64,000 bases of DNA from assembly GCA_963833095.1 (NCBI GenBank), contig CAWHWQ010000004.1, positions 128,001 to 192,000 of the forward strand. Direction: 5' to 3'. Of this stretch, positions 56,439 to 64,000 are shown piece by piece. Position numbers and translations under genes: made by a program. How positions within the stretch are numbered: position 1 is the stretch's first letter; each line of letters starts with the position of its first letter. Origin of the DNA: Vulcanimicrobiota bacterium (GTDB lineage Bacteria; Vulcanimicrobiota; Vulcanimicrobiia; Vulcanimicrobiales; Vulcanimicrobiaceae). The notes beneath the pieces were generated by a model. That model saw nothing but the letters and a program-made list of their open reading frames with translations. It did not search any database and had not been told where the DNA came from.

Positions 56439-57215
56439 ATGTCGAAGTCGGTCCTGTTCGTGCACGGTGCTTGGGTAACGCCTGCGTGCTGGGAGCGATT
56501 CATATCGCTTTATACGGGGAGTGGCTATCGTTGCTTCGCACCGGCGTGGCCGTATCTCGATAGGCCCGTTGCCGAGCTTAAGGCGCATGTCGATCCAAGG
56601 CTGGCTGATCAGACGATCAGCATGCTGGTTGAGCACTATGCGAAAACAATTAGGGAATTACCGGAGCCTCCGATCCTCGTTGGTCATTCTTTTGGCGGCC
56701 TCATCGTGCAACTGCTACTCGACCGCGGTTTGGGGAGTTGCGGTGTCGCTATCGACTCGGGTCCCCCAAGCGGCGTTCTTCCGAGCTTTCCTGCATTAAA
56801 GGCAGCGCTTCCGGTCTTGCTGACTTGGAACGGGTGGAGCACGCTTCACACGATGTCGTTTGAAGCCTTCGCTAAGACTTTTGCAAACACGCTCCCAGCT
56901 TCGGAGATGCAGCAAACGTACGATGACCAGATCGTTCCGGCACCGGGCCGGATTTACTTTCAAGCCGCCATCGGCGTCGGAAACTCGTTGAATTTTTCGA
57001 ATCCGAGGCGGCCGCCGTTACTACTGATTACAGGCGAGAAGGACGTTACCTCGACGCCTTCGATGGTACGAGCCATGTACAAGAAACATCTGCGATCTCC
57101 GCAGCCGGTCGCCATCATGGAGTTTGCGGGGCGCAGTCATTGGATCATCGCGGAGCCCGGCTGGGAAGAAGTTGCAGAGAAGGCTATACGTTGGGTGGAG
57201 CAGCAGCTCACGTAA
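56439..57215 (+). CDS. alpha/beta hydrolase
   Basis: VHGAW, GHSFGG, GEKD and RSHW. Confidence 0.9.
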   Translation: MSKSVLFVHGAWVTPACWERFISLYTGSGYRCFAPAWPYLDRPVAELKAHVDPRLADQTISMLVEHYAKTIRELPEPPILVGHSFGGLIVQLLLDRGLGSCGVAIDSGPPSGVLPSFPALKAALPVLLTWNGWSTLHTMSFEAFAKTFANTLPASEMQQTYDDQIVPAPGRIYFQAAIGVGNSLNFSNPRRPPLLLITGEKDVTSTPSMVRAMYKKHLRSPQPVAIMEFAGRSHWIIAEPGWEEVAEKAIRWVEQQLT

Positions 57216-57487
57216 ACGTTCACGAACAGCGACGCCGTGAAGCCGAACTACGACTTTCCTAGGAGCGCAAGCGCGAGCGTGTGCCCGAGCGGATCGCCAC
57301 TGATCGTTCCGTGACCCGGAATCACGTGTCGTGGGCTTCCGTACTTTGACATGAGCGCCCGCATCGTTGCGGGCCACGCGGGGATGTCGGAATCGGGTGA
57401 TCGGCGCGCATGAAACCTGTTTCCTACTGCTTCAAGATGGCGCCTCTATGGCGTCCATGCTCATCGTACTGCGGCTTGTCAGATTGA

Positions 57488-59104
57488 TTACGTCGGCGAG
57501 ATCGACACCGTGACGAGGGTGAGCATCCGGAGTAACCCGGGCGCATAGAGCCCGTTGATGTTGCTCGTCACCGACGTGTACGACGGCGGTGCCAAGATTT
57601 TGATGCTCTCGTCCGTGCTGTCTTGATCCGCGACGTAGAGGTTGTTCGCCGGATCGAGCGTGATGCCGGCTTGGGCGGCCCCGCCCCCGGTAATCGTCGC
57701 AATCGCGGCGCCCGTGTACGGCGGGGCGAACTCGAGTATTTCCGGAAGGCTGCTCACGTACTCGAGCACGAACAGATTCTTGTTGCTGTCGAAAGCGATG
57801 TCGCTTGGATACCCGCTGAGCGGGAAGTCCGTGTAGCCACCGGTGTACGGTGTCGCGTACTCGCGAACGTCTCCGTTGTAGGTGTTCGCGACCCAGAGAT
57901 TGCCGCTCGCATCAAAGACGATCCCGCCTGGGTTAGTAAGGCCTGAAATGACGGTCTGCGGCGTTCCGGTGTACGGCGGTGCGACGCTCGAGATCGTATC
58001 ACTGTACTCGTTGGCGATGTACAGCGTTCCGTTGGCCGCGACGGCGAGGCCGGTTGGAAAACCCGACCCGATGCTGGCGATGGTGGTGGTCGCCGTGGTG
58101 TAGGGCGGCGCGTACTCGGTGACGACCCCGCTGCTTCCCGACGCGAAGGTCGACACGAAGAGGTCGGCCTTGGAGTCGAGCGCGACGCCGTACGCCGCAG
58201 GCACGCTAACTGTGGTGCTCGGCGCGCCGGTGAACGGCGATCCGTAGATCGTCACGTCGTTCCCGACCTCGTTCGGAACGAAGAGGTTTTGCGACGCTTG
58301 CGTGGCCGTGTACGCGAACGTCGCCGTGCAGACCGCGCCCGACTCCGTGCACGCGTTGGTGACGTTCGTCCCGCTGTACGACGCGGTTACTTGGAGCGTC
58401 GTGGCGCCCGGTCCCGACGGCGTCGCGACGAACTCGTTCGGACTGGTCGTCGTCGGCTGGTCGAGCAAGACGGTCGTTCCCGCAGTTTGCGCAACCGTGA
58501 ATGTCGGCGCGCCCGGCCCGACGATGATGTTCCCATCCGCATCGAGCGCCTCGACAAGGACGGTGAACGCGTTTGGATTGGGAACGGCTGCGACAATCGA
58601 CGCCGGCACTCCGGAGAGCGAGAGCGAGATGCTGTTGGCCTGCCCTGCGGTGACGGTGAACGCTATCTGCTGCGCGGTCGAGAGCACGGTTCCGCTCGCG
58701 TCTGCCGTTGTCAGTGTTGCCGTGTAGCTTCCCGGCATCAGCGTGATTTGCAGCTGGCACAACGTCGTCGCCAGCGTGCTTGTGCATCCGCCCGAGGTCG
58801 GCGTGAGCGCGACCGTCGTTGGGAACCCGGAGACGTCGGTGCATGCGCCGGGACAGCCCGTCTGGATGTCGATCGTCATCTGCGTGGTCGCCGGGGAGAC
58901 GTACGCAGTGTGGCGCGCCGCGCTGCTGCTACCGGCCTTTGGGACGTCGATCTTGATCGTTACCGGCAGCCGCTGGTGCGCGCTCCCGGTCTGCGGGAGT
59001 GCCGCCCCCGTTTGCATTCCGCCGCCGGCACAACCGGCGAGTAGTGCGCAGGCGGCAAAAGCCGCGACCGTACCGACGCTGAAGAACTTCCGCATGATCT
59101 GCAC
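57488..59104 (-). CDS. lipoprotein with NHL-like beta-propeller
   Basis: Lipobox LAGC; repeats FDASGNLWVAN, LDPANNLYVAD and YAPPYT. Confidence 0.85.
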   Translation of the reverse strand: MQIMRKFFSVGTVAAFAACALLAGCAGGGMQTGAALPQTGSAHQRLPVTIKIDVPKAGSSSAARHTAYVSPATTQMTIDIQTGCPGACTDVSGFPTTVALTPTSGGCTSTLATTLCQLQITLMPGSYTATLTTADASGTVLSTAQQIAFTVTAGQANSISLSLSGVPASIVAAVPNPNAFTVLVEALDADGNIIVGPGAPTFTVAQTAGTTVLLDQPTTTSPNEFVATPSGPGATTLQVTASYSGTNVTNACTESGAVCTATFAYTATQASQNLFVPNEVGNDVTIYGSPFTGAPSTTVSVPAAYGVALDSKADLFVSTFASGSSGVVTEYAPPYTTATTTIASIGSGFPTGLAVAANGTLYIANEYSDTISSVAPPYTGTPQTVISGLTNPGGIVFDASGNLWVANTYNGDVREYATPYTGGYTDFPLSGYPSDIAFDSNKNLFVLEYVSSLPEILEFAPPYTGAAIATITGGGAAQAGITLDPANNLYVADQDSTDESIKILAPPSYTSVTSNINGLYAPGLLRMLTLVTVSISPT

Positions 59105-59107
59105 TTC

Positions 59108-60213
59108 CTATTGAACGCCGAAGCTCGACGTGGTGTAGGTGACCGTGACGCTCTTTGCTTGTCCCGCGCCGTCGCTCAGCGTCAGCGTGCAGACTCCGGC
59201 CGTGGGCGAGCCGACGACCGATACGGTGAACGACGTGCCGCTCGACGGTGAAACGGACGCAATCGACGAACACGAGGCGCCCATCGTTGCGGTGACGCCT
59301 CGGTTGTACGGCGCGTTGGTCCAGCCGGTCTCCGACACCGAGAAGCTTCCGGTCGAGCCCGTTCCGCTCGCGGCATAGAGATCGATCTCAGGACTTCCGA
59401 GTACGAGCGGCCCGGAGTAGGATATCGGTTGCAGCGTCGGCGTAAAGGTCGCATTGCCGCTGGTTGCACCACTGGCGGATGCGGTAATCGTCGCCGGTAC
59501 GATTGCAAGTCCGGTGTAGCTCAAGGTCACGCTGTCGTTCGAGCTGAGCAACGTGCCGGTCGGCGGCGAATCGCTGCCGGAAGTCGCGAGCGTCGTCGCA
59601 CCGCTCGCGTCGCTGTCGGAAAGGTTCACCGCGTTTTCGTAGGTACCCATTATCGTGTTACCGTCGGCGTCTTTCACGCTGACTGCAACGCTTTGCGGGG
59701 GGAACGCGGTGCCCGCCGCACCGCTCGGCACGCCGGTGATCGAGAACGATGCCGGAACGCCGTCGAGCGTGATCGTGTTGGTGTTAGCTTGCCCTGCTGC
59801 GATCGAATACAGGCCGCTCGCGGTCGACACTACGTTGCCGGCCCCGCTCGTACCGTCGTATGCCGTAATCGTGAAACTATCGAGTCCGGCGGCACCGATG
59901 GTCCCGGCACGTTACACGGGCACGACGAGAGCGCAATATTTGTCGTGACGGTGGTCGTCAATCCGCCCGGCGGTGATCCGCCGTTGACGGTGTTGAGCGC
60001 GATTTTCACTGATTCGATGTTTGCGGTGACATAGGCGGGCCGTTTGCCGCTCTGTGCCGACTTTGGCGGCCCGAAAACCCAACTCGTCTTGACGACATTG
60101 GGCGCAGCCGGCGGAAGGCTGGTCGTTATGGTGCCGGCTGATTCGCCGCCGCTGCCGGAACAGGCGGAGATGACGAGCGCGCTCAGGATGCTCAAGACGC
60201 GAAGATGTTTCAT
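59108..60213 (-). pseudogene. Ig-like surface lipoprotein with a -1 frameshift at ~59886
   Basis: Lipobox ISAC in ORF 59830..60213; adding one base restores PPGLDSFTITAYDG into ORF 59108..59830. Confidence 0.72.
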
Positions 60214-60222
60214 GACACTCCC

Positions 60223-61023
60223 TTAGTGAGCGGATTGAACGACGAAGCCGCTCGTCGTGACCGTGATCGAAATGGTGGTGTGTTGCGAACTTGCGTCGGA
60301 GAAGGTCGCGCTGCATGTTCCGGCGTTCACTCCGACGGCAGTGAAGGTCGCCGTTGGTCCGGTCGCGCTCGCAGGCGTGATCGTCGCAATCGACGAGCAC
60401 GTGTTGGTCTGCGAGAACGAACCGCTATAGCCGGTCTCTTGCACGAAAGTTGCTGCCGCGTTGGCGTTGCCCGTGCCGTAGATCTGGACCGAGGTCGGGT
60501 TCACGCTGAGCACACCCGGTGGCGGTGGTGTTGGGGTCGGTGATGCTGTCGGCGTCGGTGATGCTGTCGGCGTCGGCGACGAAGCCGGTGAACCGCTCGA
60601 TGCCGTGACCGTCACGGGGATGCTGGTCGCGTTCCCGCTGTTGTCGGAGATCGAAATCGTTGCGCTTCCCACTCCGTCGGCGGTCACAACGAACGTCGCA
60701 CTGCCGGTCGCGTCACGGTGACGTGAATCACTTTCCGCGCTCGCCGCGACGCTCGCGGGCGAGACCGTTACCACGTTCCTATTCGAAGTCGTCGCACTGA
60801 AGATGCCGGTGTAGCCGGTCTCACTGACCGTGAACGAGGCGGTCGAGCCCGAGCCGCTTGTCGTCAGCGACAGCAACGAACCGCCGCCCGGCAACGTCAC
60901 CGTCAGGGCGGTCGGCGACGCCGTCGGCGGGCTAGAGACGCCTTGAGGTGTGCACGCGGCGAAAATCGCCGCACAGCTAAATGTGGCGAATAACGTGAAC
61001 GTGGCCAAGCGAGTAACGCGCAT
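60223..61023 (-). CDS. lipoprotein with two Ig-like domains and a Pro/Thr linker
   Basis: GGAGG RBS; FAAC lipobox; ETGY motif twice; SPTPTA repeats. Confidence 0.8.
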   Translation of the reverse strand: MRVTRLATFTLFATFSCAAIFAACTPQGVSSPPTASPTALTVTLPGGGSLLSLTTSGSGSTASFTVSETGYTGIFSATTSNRNVVTVSPASVAASAESDSRHRDATGSATFVVTADGVGSATISISDNSGNATSIPVTVTASSGSPASSPTPTASPTPTASPTPTPPPPGVLSVNPTSVQIYGTGNANAAATFVQETGYSGSFSQTNTCSSIATITPASATGPTATFTAVGVNAGTCSATFSDASSQHTTISITVTTSGFVVQSAH

Positions 61024-61086
61024 GAGCCCTCCCGTCGCTAGACGATAGGGGGCCATTCTCAATGGATCATCAAATAGCGGGCGACG

Positions 61087-62673
61087 ATGGCCTACGTTTC
61101 AAGGCTACCGATCGTCGGCGTGTTGATTCTCTTCGCGCTCGGCGCGTGCTCTCGGGCGGTGATTCCTTCGGATCACATCGTGATCGTTCAGGAGCGCGAG
61201 CCGCTTTCGCTCAATCCTGCGCTTGAACGGGGAGCCGTGCAAACGCAGTGGGGGATGCTCCTCTTCAACTACCTGGTCAAGTTCGACGATCGCGGACGCT
61301 TGATCGGAGACATCGCTACGGCCGTGCCGACTCGCGCAAACGGCGGCATCAGTCGCGACGGCAAGACAATCATCTATCACCTCCGCCCCGGCGTACGCTT
61401 TGCCGACGGCACACCGTTGACCGCGCATGATTGCGTCTACTCGATCGAAGCGATTCAGAATCCGGCCAATGACGTGCCGACCCGCTACGGTTACGATCGC
61501 ATCTTACGCGCAACCGCGCCAAACGACACCACCCTTGTGCTGCAGCTGCGCGAGCCGTTTGCGCCGCTCTTTACCGTCGTGCTCGCTCCGCAAGGTTTCC
61601 CGATTCTGCCGGCGCATCTGCTTGCGTCGCACCCGAATTTCAACCATTTGGCCTTCAACGAACGGCCGCTCGGCGGCGGGCCATACGTGGTACGACGGTG
61701 GTATCGTGGCGACCGGGTCGAGCTCGATGCAAATCCACTGTATTTCGGCGGCAGGCCGCGGATTGCGCACCTTACCATTCGCTTCATCCCTGACCCGAAT
61801 TCAGCGATCACGCAGATGCGCACGCACGAGGCGGACGTCTTTTTCAACGATTTCGATCTCGGAACGGTCTCGCAGCTCGAAAGCATTCCACATACGACCG
61901 TGTTGTTGACGCCGGTCAATGCCGTAGGCGCGTTGATCTTCAACACGCGCGACACCACGCTGCGCGATGCGGCCGTGCGCCGCGCACTCATCCAGGCGAT
62001 CGACATCCCCTCACTCGTTACCAAGACGTATCATGGCGCGGTTCGCTCATCCGGCGCAGGCGGCGGCCTCTTCCAATGGGCCTACGATCCCCGGTTTCCT
62101 TTAAATGCGCCCTATGCACCGGCTGCCGCACGGGCGGTGTTGGCGCCTCGGCGGCTGCACGTGCAGCTCGCGATCACGACGACCTTACCAGGTGACAACG
62201 TGCTCGGCAGCGTCATCGCGCAAGACGAGCGCGCGGCCGGTGTCGATCTGCAACTGCACGCCTATCCCATCAACTACCTCATTGCGCCGGCGAGCTTGGG
62301 CGGTCCAGTCTACGGCGGAAAATTTCAAATCGTCTATTGGCAGTTCTCTAATGGAGACGATCCGGACGTTGCCGGCCCGTTCGGCTGCGCGTACGTAGCT
62401 CCGCGCGGCTACAACATCTCGCGGTTTTGCGATCCCCAGCTCGATCGTCTCTTGCTGCTCGCACGCTCGACCTACGACCGCGCGCAACGTAAGCTCGCGT
62501 ACGTCGCCGTGCAAAAGGTATTAACGGAACAACTGCCTATGGCGTTGCTCTATCGCCGCCGCATGGTCGATGCCTACGGCCCGCGCGTCGGCGGCATCAC
62601 CGGATCGGTGTCGAGCATCTTTTGGAACGTTGCGTCGTGGTATGTAAAGACGCCATCATCCCGCTCCCATTGA
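61087..62673 (+). CDS. peptide/nickel ABC transporter substrate-binding lipoprotein (family 5)
   Basis: LGAC lipobox; SLNP, GDIATAVP, LRPGVRFADGTPLTA, GGGPY and VRRALIQAID. Confidence 0.9.
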   Translation: MAYVSRLPIVGVLILFALGACSRAVIPSDHIVIVQEREPLSLNPALERGAVQTQWGMLLFNYLVKFDDRGRLIGDIATAVPTRANGGISRDGKTIIYHLRPGVRFADGTPLTAHDCVYSIEAIQNPANDVPTRYGYDRILRATAPNDTTLVLQLREPFAPLFTVVLAPQGFPILPAHLLASHPNFNHLAFNERPLGGGPYVVRRWYRGDRVELDANPLYFGGRPRIAHLTIRFIPDPNSAITQMRTHEADVFFNDFDLGTVSQLESIPHTTVLLTPVNAVGALIFNTRDTTLRDAAVRRALIQAIDIPSLVTKTYHGAVRSSGAGGGLFQWAYDPRFPLNAPYAPAAARAVLAPRRLHVQLAITTTLPGDNVLGSVIAQDERAAGVDLQLHAYPINYLIAPASLGGPVYGGKFQIVYWQFSNGDDPDVAGPFGCAYVAPRGYNISRFCDPQLDRLLLLARSTYDRAQRKLAYVAVQKVLTEQLPMALLYRRRMVDAYGPRVGGITGSVSSIFWNVASWYVKTPSSRSH

Positions 62674-62707
62674 GGATCGGTTGATTCTTGCGGCCTAGAC
62701 TGGCCGC

Positions 62708-62860
62708 ATGGAGATACCGCGGGACGTCGTACTCGTGCGCTTCTTCCGGGGCCCGAACAACAAGCTGAGCGCCCGCATAACCGACGTGATGAGCAAATCG
62801 ACCTGGCTCATTGCCGATGCGCGCGCGCTCTGGCGTTCGCTTCGGCAACGGCGGGGGTAG
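62708..62860 (+). CDS. small hypothetical protein, 50 aa (not in ORF track)
   Basis: MEIPRDVVLVRFFRGPNNKLSARITDVMSKSTWLIADARALWRSLRQRRG; TAGACT 6 nt before ATG. Confidence 0.55.
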   Translation: MEIPRDVVLVRFFRGPNNKLSARITDVMSKSTWLIADARALWRSLRQRRG

Positions 62861-64000
62861 TACGCGCTAATCGCCGCGCCCGTACGGTCAACGCTTCGGC
62901 GCGAAGTCGCTCGGCGACATCGCTCGATCCCATCGACGCCGCATCGAGGGCGAGCGTTTCGAGCGCGACGTCGGCATCGAGCGGCGCGCTCGCACGCTGC
63001 AGCAGCGCGGTTGCCGCTTGCGCGATGCGTTCCCGCGCGTCAGCCGCGCCCGATCGCGCGGCGAGGCGCGCAATCGCCGATTCCCGGGTGAGGCTCATAC
63101 CGAACAGGTTGGGCGCGGGGGGATCGAGCGGCAGCATCAACGTTTCCTCGTGCACGCGTGCGAGGTCTTTGCGACCGCCGCGTCCGAGCAACGCTTCGAT
63201 CAGATGCAAGCGCGCAAACCCGCGACGGCTATATCCATCGGCCAGCGGATTGTGCAGCATTGCCTCTGCATGCGCGAGTGCCGCGTCCCAATTCCCTTCC
63301 GCGCGGGCATTCGTCGCAGCTTGTGCTGCAAACGCGAAGTAGATGAGCGGAAGAATCATACCGCTGCGCAGTGCCGTCGGAACGTGCTTGGAATGCAGGG
63401 CGACCGAGGTCGGTTCGAGTTCGCGGCTCGCCTCAGCGAGCCGGCCGCGCAGGTAGTGCAGCGATGAGCGACGGATGCCGACCATGGCCACAAACTGCGG
63501 GCTCGCGCCATGCACGATCGCGCTCGCTTCGTCGGCGACGCGCTCGGCCTCGTCGAGATGCAGCCAGACGCACGCGGCGGCGACGAAGCGTTCGCGCGCG
63601 GCACAGCGCGCGTCGACGATGCCCAAACGGTCGCTCACAGCAATCGTCTCGCGCGATACGTCGAGCGCGCCTTCGTCCCCGAGATACTGAAGGCAGAGCG
63701 ATCGATGCGTCAATGCATAGGCGATCTGCTCGTCGTCACCGAGCGCTCGCGAGAGCGCAAGAGCTTCGTCGATGCCACCCAGGGCGGCGGCAGGGTCGCC
63801 CATCTCCATGATCGACCACGCACGGCGCGCGAGCGCGCGCGCAAGCAGGAGCGAATCGTCGGTCTTTCGCGCGTGAATGACGCGCTGGTTTGCGTGATCG
63901 AGCGCTGCCTCCCGAGCGCCGCGTTCTTCCTGGGCCCGCGCGCCAATCTCGTGCAAGGCCGCGGCCGCAGCGTTCATCGCGGGGGAATCGAGCAGTTCTC
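62808..64000 (-). CDS. C-terminal TPR-like part of a large protein (probably a STAND/BTAD-type regulator), 5' end outside the window
   Basis: Ala/Leu-rich helical repeats (EALALSRALGD); frame open to the window edge. Confidence 0.6.
   Translation of the reverse strand, partial: ELLDSPAMNAAAAALHEIGARAQEERGAREAALDHANQRVIHARKTDDSLLLARALARRAWSIMEMGDPAAALGGIDEALALSRALGDDEQIAYALTHRSLCLQYLGDEGALDVSRETIAVSDRLGIVDARCAARERFVAAACVWLHLDEAERVADEASAIVHGASPQFVAMVGIRRSSLHYLRGRLAEASRELEPTSVALHSKHVPTALRSGMILPLIYFAFAAQAATNARAEGNWDAALAHAEAMLHNPLADGYSRRGFARLHLIEALLGRGGRKDLARVHEETLMLPLDPPAPNLFGMSLTRESAIARLAARSGAADARERIAQAATALLQRASAPLDADVALETLALDAASMGSSDVAERLRAEALTVRARRLARTTPAVAEANARARAHRQ

Noticed and set aside
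59880..59895. Programmed ribosomal frameshift
   Set aside because: No slippery heptamer; similar indels in unrelated genes point to errors or mutation
1..64000. tRNA/rRNA, IS elements, prophage, integrase; many short overlapping ORFs in the track
   Set aside because: No such signatures recognised; the overlapping ORFs are GC-rich shadow frames of the called genes

Overview
GC-rich (~62% by eye) bacterial chromosomal segment with about 65 genes. The surface lipoproteins, secretin and GTCA-type REPs suggest a diderm soil organism such as Ca. Eremiobacterota; this is inference only. The content is accessory: many SDRs and hydrolases with TetR/AraC/LuxR regulators, an arsR-arsC-aquaporin-arsC operon, RES-Xre and VapBC toxin-antitoxin pairs, a Fic protein, a beta-propeller + MoaD/ThiS pair, an orphan PilP-like + secretin pair, a LytS/LytTR system flanked by two paralogous exported proteins, Ada/AlkA and a lipoprotein operon. 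I found no rRNA, tRNA, CRISPR, integrase or transposase. Main finding: a 16-bp palindrome (TCAC[C/G][C/T]A-N2-TAGGTGA) occurs three times, each centred 42.5 bp upstream of a predicted transcription start, around a LAL-type ATPase-LuxR regulator. It outlines a candidate regulon that includes a Tat-exported ThDP enzyme plus a diheme cytochrome c. Other observations: a 31-bp duplicated gene end plus REPs bracketing a single exported-protein gene, REPs carrying nested hairpins, widespread leaderless promoters, two small ORFs missed by the ORF track, and several single-base frameshifts that may be assembly errors.
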